From: a virus
Lineage: Duplodnaviria > Caudoviricetes
Length of the DNA stretch: 64,000 bases
Reading direction: 5' to 3' (one strand)
IMG/VR virus record: IMGVR_UViG_3300011008_000008
Position numbers and translations under genes: made by a program. The notes below the pieces were generated by a model. It was not told the origin of the DNA. It saw only the letters and a program-made list of their open reading frames with translations, and did no database searches. Shown in pieces: positions 31,459 to 43,754 of the stretch; positions within the stretch are counted from its first letter, which is position 1; the number at the start of each line of letters is the position of its first letter.

Positions 31459-32280
31459 TCAACCCTCACTTTCTTCTGTCCGAATGGCCTTGATCAACTG
31501 GTCAAGATACTTCCAAACTGCCGTTGACCCCTTGGATTTTCCATTGGGTCTGTACTGACAACGGGTAACTTCTCCACCCTCGCTAACTGTGATTCTGGCA
31601 AGGCTATTATTCACCCATCCCCTGGTGCGAATCGGCAGGGAAACACCGTATTTATCCATCAAATAACCGACCACGCAATAATCCTTGCTGTCATAGCGCT
31701 CTTTGTAGATTTCAACAGTATTGTTATTCAATACGCCGCCGCGCTTGATGGTTTCGATAGCCTTATCAATCAGCTTAAACGCCTGTTCGTTCTGCTCCTT
31801 GACATATAGCGCATCCTCTTCCTGGCGCTTCTGTTCCTCGGCTCTGCGCTTCGCTTCGCTGCGCTCTTTATGGATTCTTCGCGCCTCGTTTGCGCCATCT
31901 ACCAGCTCAGGCGCAATATTTTTCAATAGCTCAACTTCGAGCACCGTAAACCAATACCCTGCGTCAATGGCTTGCTTGGCATGTATCAAATACACTGGCC
32001 AATCACGATCCAGATGATGATAGGCCGCATCATTCAAGACCCACTGAAGATCTGCATCATCTGCATATGTGCCCATTGCAATACCAATGCCCTTATCCGC
32101 AAAATAAGCATAGGTCACACAGTAATTGCGCCCATATTCGTCCGGCTTGGGTTCACCTATGTAAATGCATCCTTTCGCCTGTCTCATTTCGACATTGTGA
32201 TACACCGCCTTGTCCCTGGTGAAATTGTAGGTGATCACCCTGTGCGTTTCAAACTGCGTGGACAAATCTCTGATCATCAT
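31459..32280 (-). CDS. Hypothetical protein
   Basis: 273-aa ORF behind promoter cassette 32310-32374. Confidence 0.6.
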   Translation of the reverse strand: MMIRDLSTQFETHRVITYNFTRDKAVYHNVEMRQAKGCIYIGEPKPDEYGRNYCVTYAYFADKGIGIAMGTYADDADLQWVLNDAAYHHLDRDWPVYLIHAKQAIDAGYWFTVLEVELLKNIAPELVDGANEARRIHKERSEAKRRAEEQKRQEEDALYVKEQNEQAFKLIDKAIETIKRGGVLNNNTVEIYKERYDSKDYCVVGYLMDKYGVSLPIRTRGWVNNSLARITVSEGGEVTRCQYRPNGKSKGSTAVWKYLDQLIKAIRTEESEG

Positions 32281-34486
32281 TATTATATCCTCCCTTTAAA
32301 ATGTTTCTATGTCCTTGTGACAGTTATATAATAACTCATCTTATATGTAATGTCAAGTAGTTTTTGTCTTATTTTATAAATTAATTTATTCTCATTTTTC
32401 AATATCACATTTTTTGACTTCCTTCTTGTTTTTGAAAATTGAGAATAATTGCAGTTCGTTTTTGAAAATCAGATTATTCTGCTATAGATCAACGCCATAC
32501 GGATTTACCGCATGGCGTGTGTCAAAGCCCCTATTCTATCTCATTCCAGTACAGCATTAGCAATAGACCAATGTGTTTTACCTCGTCAATAGACAATTGC
32601 CGCCCCGCATTATCGCCGCTTGTAAACTGTAATGCGTACTCTACCGGCTTTTCATCTACGTATTTTATCCTTATACCTATGCCAATTCTATTCATCAGCG
32701 CAGCCGCGCCGCCGTCTCTCAAATAGTTGATGATGTTCAGTGCGTTCTCGGATAGTCTTTCCTCTGTTAAGGCAACGCCGGAATAAAGCCGGTTCCACAG
32801 TTTCATATAGTCAATATAATTCGCTTTCATGCAAACACCCCCCCCATCCAGGCTCAAGCCATCGCTTCCAGTGCGAACATAAACGCTGCCGCTCCCCTGT
32901 CGCTGGAAAGTATGTCGCCACGGTATTCGGCAAACTCTCTCACAAACCTGGCGCTGTTCTCATTCTTGAACATATCATCAAAAGCGTCTACCGCTTCATG
33001 ATATCCAGCAACTTGATCATAATTCTGATACAGAAAATCATATTCCTCGTTGAACCGGTTCAGAAACTCGTGAATGTTAATCGCCTTGGCCATCTCGATG
33101 CCCTCCAATCAATTTAACTATGTCCTTGTGACAGTTATATTATATCTCCAGGTTTCTGTATTGTCAATAGGTTTTTGTATTGTTATTTAAATTATTTTCC
33201 AGCTTGTCAGATCGCAGCACGCCCAATATTCTCTCATTTTCAAAAACAAATCCATTATTCTCTTGTTTTTCAAAATTACGATTTCTTGCACGCAAAAAAA
33301 ACAAATATTGAAAAACAAGAATATAAAACAAAATGGCAACGCTTCCGCTGCCATTCCGTTTTCCATTATTCATATTTTTAGAAGCACGGTTTCCAGGCTC
33401 CCATTTCATCCAGGCCAACACGACAATCTTTCCTCTGTCTCGTCGCGTCAATTATTGCTTCCTGCTTGCGCCCCATTCGCTTGAATAGCAAATCCTTTGC
33501 CTTGATAATCTCGATGCCCGTTCGATCCTTAATCGCGTTCCTGAGCGTCCTATAATCCACATATGCAGGTAAACCGAGCACCATTTTCCCATTGATCACC
33601 AGCGTGCAGTAATAGCTCCCGTCAAAATCCCGAACGATATCAGCATACCATTTATTCATAATGCCCTCCTATTCTTCGATAGTAAAACTTTCCACGCACC
33701 ACTCGAAAACTTCCGACAAATAATCCTCGATCTCTTTATTGCTCATGTAGCCATCAATAATGATTCTTTCCGGCAAATCGGCGACTTCCTCTCCGTCTGT
33801 GTCCCACTTGATATTGGTCACTTTGATATAATTCGTCGGCTCTATTTTGACAATTTCCATGACGGGATAAACTATATTCCCATCCAGGATAATATTATGT
33901 CCATTTGTGCTAAAGCTTATCTTGCTGCATTCCAGCGTGTTTCCATTGGTAAAGTGTACGGTCATCTTGTTCATGCTCTTTTATCTCCCTTCTATGCATC
34001 ATCATTATTTATCTGTGATTCCATCGCAGTAAAGCCCGCCTGATTTTTTCGCACCCTGCATCAGTTCCAGGAATAAATGCATCAGACTTGCAAAATTTTC
34101 ATCCTCGACGTAATACCCTACGCCGAACCAGTCACCCTGTAGATCCTCGGCGTTGATTACCAAATCTCCATACTGTATATCCCCATCGGCAACGCCCTCA
34201 CTCAGCCATGACTCAAAAACTTCTTCATCGTTGACCTGTCGTGCAATGTACTCCATAGCCTTGACCATCTTAATGCGCTCAGCCCTGTTCATCATCTTCA
34301 TAACCTCCTATGCTCTCTCGCAATAGACCTTTGTGGTTGTGTCCTTGATATAGCATCCATCAGAAAACCATTCGCAGTTATCATCCATCCATTCTTCACG
34401 CGCTTCTTCCGTATAAAACGCCTTGATCACGTCGCCACTCAACCAGTCCGACACCAAATATAATCCCATATACACAGCCGCCCCTC

Positions 34487-34678
34487 CTATCTGCTCTTTG
34501 CTTCACCAGACACTTTAACGTCGTGTCCGTCGATCTCATTGATATCATAATAGCCCTCGTCCAGGCGCTCCCATGCGATGCGCTCCGCTTCCTCGGCAGT
34601 CTCCGCCTCAATCTCGTCGGTCTCGATCAAGGTCTCATAAATTGTAACCTTCCACTTCTTCATCGTTATTCCCTCCAT
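34487..34678 (-). CDS. DpnD/PcfM-like small acidic protein
   Basis: WKVTIYETL...EIEAETAEEA. Confidence 0.55.
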   Translation of the reverse strand: MEGITMKKWKVTIYETLIETDEIEAETAEEAERIAWERLDEGYYDINEIDGHDVKVSGEAKSR

Positions 34679-35041
34679 TCATTCATTATTTTACATCCGT
34701 TCAATATTGTTCTTCAGCACAAAATTATGGATATGCGCCGTACAGCTTGCCAAATCTCCGTATTTAGCAATGATTTTCCTGTGCTTCATCGGATAACCGT
34801 ATTCACTTTGAGTATAGTACTCAGCATAGAGTCGAAACGGATTTGTGTTGGTCTTATCATCGTAATAGATTGTTGCAACCATGCCTTTGAGACTAATACT
34901 TCCAATCTTTTTCATAGGATACACCACCTTTAATCATTCTGATTTATCCGCATTTTCGACCCTTCTGCGTTATGCCCTGACTCTCTGTATACTGTCGGGA
35001 CTCTCTCACGATAACGCTACTTTGGATCAAAATCCAAATTG

Positions 35042-35392
35042 TCAACCGGCGATCAGCTCACACTGGCTGGCCTTGAAGAAAAACGCAGTCTTTAAAAACA
35101 TCTTCATCTTGACGTTCTCGCCGTCCTGAGCTTCTTCTTCGGTCTGTTCTTCCTGCTTCTTCTTGCCCTTCCCAGGCTTCCAAATAGTAATTGCGGCGAC
35201 GTTCTTTTCTCCGCGCTTCACCTGATAGCCCAGCTTCTTCCAAACGGCGTAGGTGTGAATGGCTTCCGGCTCCATGACTTCGATCTCGCTGCCGTCCGGC
35301 ATTTCCATTACCATCTTGCGCCCCGTCGTTCCGATTACGCCATCCTCCATCAGCTTCACAGAAGCGTTGAAAATGATCATCTCGTTCGTCAT
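35042..35392 (-). CDS. ArdC-like N-terminal ssDNA-binding domain protein
   Basis: TYAVWKKLGYQVKRGEK...IWKP...FF..SQ. Confidence 0.75.
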   Translation of the reverse strand: MTNEMIIFNASVKLMEDGVIGTTGRKMVMEMPDGSEIEVMEPEAIHTYAVWKKLGYQVKRGEKNVAAITIWKPGKGKKKQEEQTEEEAQDGENVKMKMFLKTAFFFKASQCELIAG

Positions 35393-35595
35393 GGTGAAAA
35401 CCTCCTAAAAGTTTCTATGTCCTCTTGACAGTTATTATTATAGCTCCAGCCTAATGATTTGTCAATACTTTTTTGGATTATTTTATAAAAAATATTTCCT
35501 GATATTGGAAAACATCCGATCCACTTTTATTCCATTTTCAAAAACCAGTATTCCATAAAAAAAGAAAAGCGTTTGACCGCTTTCCTTCTGTCGAT

Positions 35596-36444
35596 TTAGT
35601 TTTTTGAAATGAGCTTTTCCCGAATATACTGATACCCCCTGTCACTCTCCTCGATGCTGTCATACTTCCTGTTTTTTGTATTATCCTCGAAGCGTTCAAA
35701 TGCTGCCATGACGCCGTAAAAGCCACTGCTAAAATACAATTTCTCCCCTATCCTGTTGACTTCCTCGGCTGTTTGCGCGTTTTCCAGGTCAGAAACAATC
35801 TGCTTCTTTCGCTCAGCGATCAGTGCGCGAAGCTCCTCCAGCTTTTCCGTTTGGTCTGCCTGCAAATAAGCTTTCTTTTTCCTGTCAGCTCGAAGCGCCG
35901 AAGCGCGGCGGCGCAAATCCTCCCGCTTGTTATCCAAGATGTAGCCGCTTTTATCAATGGTGTAACAGTTTGTGTCCCTGCTGTAATAACTCCAATGGTC
36001 TTTCACCGGCGCGACTTTATAGCGTGCGCTAAAATCAATCGTCCTTTCCTCCGGCTTGCGGATATACTTCTTATCCTGAACGATGATATAGTTTTCTATG
36101 TGCGGCATCTTGCGGCACATCTCAAAATCCCCTTTTCTGTAAAAGGTCTCGAAGCCGCAGCACCTATAATCAATTTCAATGCCGCTATAACGCAACCCGA
36201 CAATATGCAGTCTGGAATAACGCTCGGTTCTCGGATTGCGAACCAGCATAACCACCTTATCACCAGGGTGATACCCATATTCAGCGATTGCCTTGGCCAC
36301 TTTGTTGAGCGTAAAGCTCCCTTCCATCACGATACAGGCGAAGGGCTTTTCAAAGTCGAAGCCCGCCACGTTATGCAGTTTGACGAATGCCTTTCTGTCA
36401 ATCTTCGTCAGCCTCTTGATGTTCTCCATGCAATTATTCTTCAT
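35596..36444 (-). CDS. Hypothetical protein
   Basis: 282-aa ORF, GGAGG RBS. Confidence 0.6.
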   Translation of the reverse strand: MKNNCMENIKRLTKIDRKAFVKLHNVAGFDFEKPFACIVMEGSFTLNKVAKAIAEYGYHPGDKVVMLVRNPRTERYSRLHIVGLRYSGIEIDYRCCGFETFYRKGDFEMCRKMPHIENYIIVQDKKYIRKPEERTIDFSARYKVAPVKDHWSYYSRDTNCYTIDKSGYILDNKREDLRRRASALRADRKKKAYLQADQTEKLEELRALIAERKKQIVSDLENAQTAEEVNRIGEKLYFSSGFYGVMAAFERFEDNTKNRKYDSIEESDRGYQYIREKLISKN

Positions 36445-36474
36445 ATCTAAAAACCTCCATTCTTTAATCTTGGC

Positions 36475-36777
36475 TCACATGTTCGCAATCGTCGTTAGCT
36501 GCTTGACATACTTGATCAGCTTCTTGCGGCAAACCTCAGTCTGCTTGTGCGTCAGAAACCCAGTGCGATTGAAAAACTCGGCGAAGCTGGTAAGGATCGG
36601 CGCATCCACGCCATTGAATCCCGCGCCGTTGCGCTCGTTCGCGCTGCCCTCAATCCGTTCATCGGCGGTCTGGCGCTCGTACAGCTTAATCAAGCACTTG
36701 CAAACCATCTTGTCATTGACCAGGATTAGCTGCTTGATTTCTTCTTCCTTCCAAACACGCATTTCCAACGCCTCCAA
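36475..36777 (-). CDS. Conserved phage hypothetical protein
   Basis: LYERQTADE...NGAGFNGVDA motif. Confidence 0.65.
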   Translation of the reverse strand: MEALEMRVWKEEEIKQLILVNDKMVCKCLIKLYERQTADERIEGSANERNGAGFNGVDAPILTSFAEFFNRTGFLTHKQTEVCRKKLIKYVKQLTTIANM

Positions 36778-36882
36778 TCTGTTCTATGTCCTCTTGACAG
36801 TTACAATTATAACTCCAGCATCATGTATTGTCAATACTTTTTTGCATTATTTCTTAAAATTACGTCATAACAATTTCTCATG

Positions 36883-37629
36883 CTATGCTAATTTTAAATT
36901 AGTATCTGTTATGACTTTTGATGTGTCTATGCCGCAATTCTCGCACATGGCCACAGCGATTTGCAGGGCTTTGGGCCACTCTCCAGGCTTGATATAGTCC
37001 AGGATATTTCCAACACCTTGCGCCCTCGTATGACGCGATTTGGCGTTAATGTGACCGTGATAAAGCAGGTTCTTATAATAGACTTTCCAGGCTTGCGCAA
37101 AATCATTATCTCGGCATCCGGCGAATGTGCGCACCAGTCTAACAACGCTCTGCCGATAGTCCAGCGTCAAGGCATCCAGTGCCAACGCCTTATTGGTCTG
37201 CACCAGCGCGGCATTCCGTTCTTGTTCGTTTTTCAAAATCTCTAAAATCTGAATGATCGTTTCCGGCTGTCGCATCAGCTCGGTGATCTTCTCCGGGGTT
37301 ATGTAGGCTCCGTGCTTTCGGATTGATGGGATAACATCATGTGTTATCCAGCGTTTGAATGCTTTGGCTGCTGGCAGTTTGGATGATAACACCAGGCTAT
37401 ATAAACCGGACTCATTGATAATTGCTAAATTCTGTGCTCCTCCAAGGGTGTCGCATTTTGCTACTCCCCTGTCTTCCTCGTCTACACGCTTTGCCAACGC
37501 ATCGCGGCTGTTACTATATCCCAGAATATCCGTCACATCTTTTCCAACAAACCAGGGTTCACCATCAATTGCCAAGGTTCTGATTGTTCCAAATTCATCG
37601 TTTTTGAACATCGTGATTTTCTGTTCCAT
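36883..37629 (-). CDS. BRO-N family antirepressor-like protein
   Basis: FGTIRT..IDGEPWFVGKDV...INESGLYSLVLSSKLP.AK.FKRWIT..VIPSIRKHG. Confidence 0.9.
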   Translation of the reverse strand: MEQKITMFKNDEFGTIRTLAIDGEPWFVGKDVTDILGYSNSRDALAKRVDEEDRGVAKCDTLGGAQNLAIINESGLYSLVLSSKLPAAKAFKRWITHDVIPSIRKHGAYITPEKITELMRQPETIIQILEILKNEQERNAALVQTNKALALDALTLDYRQSVVRLVRTFAGCRDNDFAQAWKVYYKNLLYHGHINAKSRHTRAQGVGNILDYIKPGEWPKALQIAVAMCENCGIDTSKVITDTNLKLA

Positions 37630-37980
37630 CGTTCTGCCTCCGTTCAGATAATCCTCGTTTTAAAAAACCTCCGCAAAATGCGAAATCTGCGGAGGCCAAT
37701 TTGAATGTACGGTTTTGCTTTTTCAATGTTCGGTTTTCCGCTTGAATGTTCGGTTTTCCAAATCACAGGCAGCAAAACTCATCCATGTCTTCATCGGATA
37801 TTGAATCGTAAATCTCGCTCAGTTCATCCCATAACTTCTGTGTTGTTTCCTCAAATTTGTTCGGACCGTCCATCAGCACGTTGTAATAATTGGTTTCCAG
37901 GTCGTGCAGTTTCTTCACATCGATATCTGTGATCTTCATTATGTAATCCTCCATTGTTTTTGAATATCTCGTTTTTATGC

Positions 37981-38020
37981 TTATGAATGACTTGCCCGCG
38001 TATGAGGCCCACGGGCGGGC
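37981..38020. repeat. 40-bp GC-rich hairpin repeat, copy 2
   Basis: 38/40 identical to 28567-28606. Confidence 0.85.
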
Positions 38021-38676
38021 ATCAATTCTTAAAGGGTTTCGCCGGGGTGATTTTCCAGCCAGGAATCAACCAGTTCCTGTATGTATGCTTTTGCTTGCTT
38101 TAGCGTCATTTCGCCACCCTCAAGGTCTCCATCTACACAGGCTTCATAATAGATTTTCTGCGTTCCGTCCGGACGAATCAGCTTGCACTTCTCCACCGTG
38201 GCAACGCTCCAAGGCGTGATCTTCCTCGGCTTCCCCACTGTTCCCATGCGATATACAGTCCCGCCATAGGTGATTTTCATAACGCCCTCCTTATGCTGAC
38301 ACTTTTCTACATAGCTCTTCCAGTGTCTTTTCGTAGTCTTCCAGTTCTCGCAAAATACGGGTCAATCCGAATTTGTGCAAACCCTTGTAAGCATTCCAAT
38401 AGGCCACCGCTTCATCGTCGGCATCAAACTCATTGTAAATGTCATACAATTCCTGCTGGATGTTCTCGGCAGTGACGCCATCCGCATAATTATGTGCGCG
38501 AAGGTCGATAAAGTGAACCATGTTGATCTCGATACCGTCTGTCCAGGTCATAATCTCATAACCGCACAGCTCGCCGTCCTCGTAATACTCGCTCACTTTG
38601 AAATCCTCGTCCTCGATGATCCGCAAAATCTCCTTGACGCTTTTCATGGTCAATTCTCCTTTCCCCGCGCATGGCT

Positions 38677-39219
38677 CTAACGCAAATTGAGTTCTTCAGT
38701 AAAGACCTTTATGATTTTCCGCCCAGTGTATTCTTCCACGTCCTCGGTAACGGTCACGCGGAACAGACTCTTGTAATGTTCTGCAAATTTTTCCTTGTTG
38801 AGTCTCCACGATCCCTCCCTGTCGATCTTGTTGTAAATGAAATGGTTAGAATCGACGCCCATATCCCGAATGCCGATGTAATGCACATAGGCTTCATTTT
38901 CCACGCCGTCCATGATGTTCTCGCCGATCATCGCCATAGCGCCCTTGATGCTCTCGATATCGTAGATAATATCCGAGGCGTAAAACCGGCAGCTTCCCGC
39001 CTCCTGAATCAGCCAGGTAAAGGCCGTGGACGTGTTGCAATCTATCCGGATTTTTCCGTCGTTGCGGCGTTCCACGCTTCCCTCGGCAACATCTTCACGC
39101 AGCACCGGAAAATCCTTGACAAACTCGCTAATGCTGTTGATGATCTTGATATTCTCCATTGTCGTACCCCTTTCTTGCGTCGTGGTGTCTTGCTTGACTG
39201 TGATTAGATTATACATCAC
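38677..39219 (-). CDS. Hypothetical protein (real start probably the MENIK codon)
   Basis: AGGGG RBS before internal ATG. Confidence 0.55.
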   Translation of the reverse strand: MMYNLITVKQDTTTQERGTTMENIKIINSISEFVKDFPVLREDVAEGSVERRNDGKIRIDCNTSTAFTWLIQEAGSCRFYASDIIYDIESIKGAMAMIGENIMDGVENEAYVHYIGIRDMGVDSNHFIYNKIDREGSWRLNKEKFAEHYKSLFRVTVTEDVEEYTGRKIIKVFTEELNLR

Positions 39220-39310
39220 ATGTAATGCATTTGTCTATTGACGCTTTCCACAAAATTACATTACATGTATTGTATGTTCAGTACATTACATGCAATGTAT
39301 TTAAAAACTA

Positions 39311-39339
39311 TTGACTAACTATTACATGTATGGTATAAT
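39311..39339 (+). promoter_or_regulatory. Sigma-A promoter with TTACATGTA site in the spacer
   Basis: TTGACT-17-TATAAT with TG extension. Confidence 0.75.
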
Positions 39340-39362
39340 TCATACGAAAGGATGTTGATTAT

Positions 39363-39557
39363 ATGCCAGTATCAGAAGCAAAGAAACGCGCAGACGCCAA
39401 ATATAGGGCGAATAAACGCAAGCAAATCCAGCTTGACTATTCTATAGAAGAATTTGAACGGATTAAGAACCATTGTGAATCCAAGCAAACACCAGTCGCC
39501 ACATGGTGTAAAAAGGCGATCAACGACGCCATTGACCGGGAAAGCAACGCCGACTGA
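39363..39557 (+). CDS. Ribbon-helix-helix/Arc-like DNA-binding protein
   Basis: VSEAKKRADAKY...QIQL...EEFERIK......ATWCKKAI; the only convincing plus-strand gene in the left arm. Confidence 0.7.
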   Translation: MPVSEAKKRADAKYRANKRKQIQLDYSIEEFERIKNHCESKQTPVATWCKKAINDAIDRESNAD

Positions 39558-42022
39558 TTTCCTTGGTTTTTCAATATCGAATTTTCTTGCGGTTCTGGGT
39601 TCAGCTTTATCAGATTTTCAAAAACCACGATCTGTATAGACTACAATCTCTTATTTTTCAAAATAAGGATTTTTTGCTAAAGCGCCAGGATTACCCGGCG
39701 TTTTTCCATATGTATTAATGAAACTGGTATCTCCGCTTGTTGTGGGTCTGGTTGTAAATCTTCTCCCGCGCTCGCATGATGCTGTCGATCAGCGCTTCAA
39801 CGATTGTCGCTCCGGTCAGTATAAAAATTATTGACATTAAAAACCCTCCATTTCAAAACTCGTTAAGCTGTCGTTCTTCAACATAAATGTATTTCTCCAT
39901 ATCCTCGTCGGTATACTCATGATCTCGCTGGATTGCACGCAGCATGTTTTCCAGATTTTCCGCGTCACAAACGCAAATCAGTCTCAAGCTGTCCCTTGAC
40001 TTCCACTCGTCGCAATCGAAAATAACAAAAACCTTCATCTGTGTTCGCTCCCTTCTTCAAATCGTCCGTTGTTCAGCAGCCACGGCCAGGAAAGTAATCA
40101 CACTCCCATACCTCGTTAAGGTTGATTTCCTCCACGTTGATATAGTCGCGCATTTCCTCGTCGGTAAATCCGCAACGCGCTCGCACAGCGTGCAGCATGT
40201 TTACCAGGTGTTCAGAGTCGCAAAATCCAAGCGTCCGTTCACTGTTATTCGCTACATAATGCGAATAGTAAATCCGATAGAGTTTCAAAAGCAAAGCCTC
40301 CTATAAAAAGTTTCTGTGTCCTCTTGACAGTTATTATTATATACTTTTTTGTCTTATTTGTCAATGGATTTTAATTATAATTCTTTGACTTATTTATTGT
40401 TTGAATTAGTCATCTGTACATGAATCAAACAGTTTTTAGAAATTGCATTTTCCAGGTTCAGCCCGTCAGAAAATCCAATATTGGAAAACATGATTCTGGC
40501 GCGTGAATGATCTATGGTTTTCAAATATCAGGATTTTAAAACCCTCTAATTTAGGATGTTTTTGTTTTCAAAAATCCGATAAAACTGTAATTTCATTGCC
40601 AGTTTTCCGGAATTTTCAAAAACCTGAGTATTTTCCAATCGTTTTGAAATATGGCGATTTTCTGCAATATTTCCAGCACGATCATTCATTTTTCAAAATA
40701 GATTTTTCCTGTACAGTTTTCCTTGGTGTTTCAAAATCCAAATTTTCTGTCACCCGCCCGCATAAAAAACAGGATTCGGAAAACTCCAAATCCTGCCAGG
40801 CCGGTAACGTCATTTATTCCAGTATTCTAAATTCCTCAATGTCTCCATTGTCGATCAGGTTTCTGCAATAGTTCCGTATATAATCCTGCATCAGGTAAAC
40901 GTCCTTCAGGTTGTTGTCCTTCATATAGCGCAACAGGTTCAGCGCCATCACGATCTCGCCCTCGCTAAATCCCTCCCGGTCTTCAAGGTTTCCTTTGTGG
41001 TCATAGGATTCCACAAAAATTTCCCAGCCCTTGCGCCCGATTTCGATATAACCGCCATTGTTTACTTCAATACGCATCATTTTAAAACCCTCCATTCTCC
41101 GTCAGCATTTCCAAGTAAATCTTATTGGCCAGCTTGTCAACGTCCACATGCTTTCCTTCTTCGCGCTCGCGCCTTGCAATGTCCAGCGCCAGGTTTACCG
41201 CGTCAGCCATTTTCCAATCCATCTTAAATCCTCCCTTGATCAGTCGTTGCCATGCTCGCGCATAAATTTCTCGATATCCGCGCCGGTATTCCACAATCCG
41301 TAATGATCCCGTACCCAATTCTCTACGTCAGCGCTCTCTCCCAGCTCGTCAAGATGAAAAATCCACCTTTCGCCATAGTCAGCCATCAGTTCACAGAATT
41401 TCTTAATGCAGCGTTTCTTGTCGCGCTCGAAAATCTCAAAATCACACTTCAACATGTCGGTTATCCTCACTTTCAAAAAAGTAACTATGTTTGCTTGACA
41501 GTTACTATTATACTCATCCTAATCCATTTGTCAATAGGTTTCTGAAAAAAGTTTTGATATTATTTTCTCCTATTTTTAGAAATTCTTCTTTTCTGTTCGC
41601 CAGGAACAAACGTTTTGGAATATAGGGATTTTCCGACAGCTCCCAGGTTTTCCAGGTGTTTTGAAATATCCGGTTTTCTTGCAGCCAGAAACCCGTTTTT
41701 TTTTGAAAATGGACTTTTCCTGCGCGGCAGCATCAAAAAGCGTTTGTTTTTGAAAATCCAGATTTTCTGCGCGACAAAAAAAGAAGGTTATGAAAAACCA
41801 TAACCCTCTTGCGCTGTCTCATCTCAGGCCGCTTTGCTCGCCTTTTTCCAAATCCTGTAAAACTCATTGCTCACGACTGCAAAACCTCCGTCAACCCGAA
41901 TGACGGTTTCTCCGGCGTTCCTTGCCTTGTTCGCTTCCCTCTTGGTCTCGTAGGTGATCAGATTCGACAGCGCCATGGTTTTATCCTCCCAACGTCAATA
42001 TGTTTTTGTCTTATTTCCTATG

Positions 42023-42361
42023 TTAAATCAAAGAGATCAGCTTGTTCAGGTTAAACCGATTTCCCGCTTCAAGCACGTTTTCCTTGACGCTCTTAGCGAA
42101 GACCCAGCCGTTCTTGGTTCCGTCCTTCTTGAACACGGATATCTTTTCCAGGTATTCTCCCCTGCCGTCGTAGTACTTCATATAGCACACCCGGCGCTCC
42201 GTGATCGTCGTTTCATCCTCTCCGATCTGCTTGATGAATGCGGGATAGTCATAGCCATACGCGGGATTGTGCAGGTAATTGGCCACATCAAACTTGTAAC
42301 CCTCCGGCAGCTCCATCTTGATCAGCTTCCTAATGTAATCCGGTTTCATGTTACGCGCCAT
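42023..42361 (-). CDS. Hypothetical protein
   Basis: AAGGAGG RBS; own promoter cassette. Confidence 0.6.
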   Translation of the reverse strand: MARNMKPDYIRKLIKMELPEGYKFDVANYLHNPAYGYDYPAFIKQIGEDETTITERRVCYMKYYDGRGEYLEKISVFKKDGTKNGWVFAKSVKENVLEAGNRFNLNKLISLI

Positions 42362-42778
42362 TGTTGTAACCTCCTTAAAAGTATCTATGTCCTCTTGACA
42401 GTTACTATTATACTCATCTTTTCCTTCTTGTCAATACCTTTTTCAAAATTTTTTGATATTATTTATTCCGTGATTTTCCAGGTACATCAGCAGCGAATCA
42501 GGTTTTTAGATTTTCAAATTTTCTGCACACACCAGATCAGGCAGCAGCGCCAGGTCTCCCGCGAATTTCCGTTTTTAAATATCCGAATTTTCTGCGCGTC
42601 CAGATCGGCAGGAATGCCACGCGCAACAATGCATCGTTTTTTGAAAATCCATATTTTCTGTATCTGCTCCGGATCATCAGCGCAATAAATCCGAATTTTC
42701 AAAAACAAATATCTATTGACGCCCAGGCCAAAAGAAAAAAGCAACCCGTTTACAGATTGCTATTTTTCCACCAGCTCA

Positions 42779-43171
42779 TTAAAGGATCAGCACGCAGTTA
42801 CCGACGTTTGTCTTTTTCCCGTCCTCGAATCTGCAATAATCCGCAACCCAACGTTGATAGCGATCATATACCGGGTAAACCTTAACGACTTTTCCGACGT
42901 AACCACGCGGAATGTTCCGTCCCTTAACCACCATCACGCGCTCCCCAGGCTGGATTATTCCATGCTTGCGATTGTAGGCCCGCAGCGCGTCCGCGTCAAT
43001 GCTGGCGTTATACCAGTAATCGCAATCCCTGCTGCAGTCTCCATAATCGTAATCCCTAACCACAATATTTTCCTCGTCGCCGGTCAGGATGTTGTAAAGA
43101 GTCGCTATTACAAAAGTTCCGCCATTTTGCGCAATTTTCCGCCATCCATTGGAATAAACCAGGTTTTCCAC
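42779..43171 (-). CDS. Hypothetical protein with KOW/SH3-like VVKGRNIPRG motif
   Basis: Motif shared with 27916-28230 (VVKGRKVPHG). Confidence 0.55.
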   Translation of the reverse strand: MENLVYSNGWRKIAQNGGTFVIATLYNILTGDEENIVVRDYDYGDCSRDCDYWYNASIDADALRAYNRKHGIIQPGERVMVVKGRNIPRGYVGKVVKVYPVYDRYQRWVADYCRFEDGKKTNVGNCVLIL

Positions 43172-43754
43172 GTTCAGCCCTCCCCTATTAATAGATTTTC
43201 TTCAATTCACGCTTTAAGCGCCTTTTCAGAATCGCGTCAATTACAATGTCAGTGATCAGCAGCCAAACACAAACGAACACCATGCCCCAAACCATCCAAA
43301 TGACCCAATCCATCTTCAAATCCTCCTTAAAAGTAACTATGTCCTCTTGACAGTCACATAATAACTCCTCTTTTCTGTTTTGTCAATACCTTTTTGTCTT
43401 ATTTTTTGAATTTTCCTAAGAATATTTTTTGTTTTCCGATATTGGATTTTCTATTAGCACGCTAATCATTTTTCCTTATTTTGAAAAATTCCAAATAATT
43501 GTACGCTGTATTTTCCGTTTTTAAATATCCAAATTTTCTGCAATGGGCTATTTTTGAAAATGAGTTTTTCCTAATGAGATTTGATTTTTAAATATTAGAT
43601 TTTCCTGTTTACCGGGTTTTCCAATATGAGATTTTACAGCATCGCCGCATCCAATTTTCCGCAATTTTGAAAAACATATATTTCGATTTTCCACCAGGCC
43701 AAAGAAAATCCCGGCAAACTTTACAGCCTGCCGGGTTATGTATCAAATTTTCTA

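Noticed and set aside
40503-40871. ORFs in motif-rich spacers (also 33164-33484, 41615-41803, 42514-42744)
   Set aside because: Phe/Lys-rich translations of the non-coding 24-bp repeat arrays
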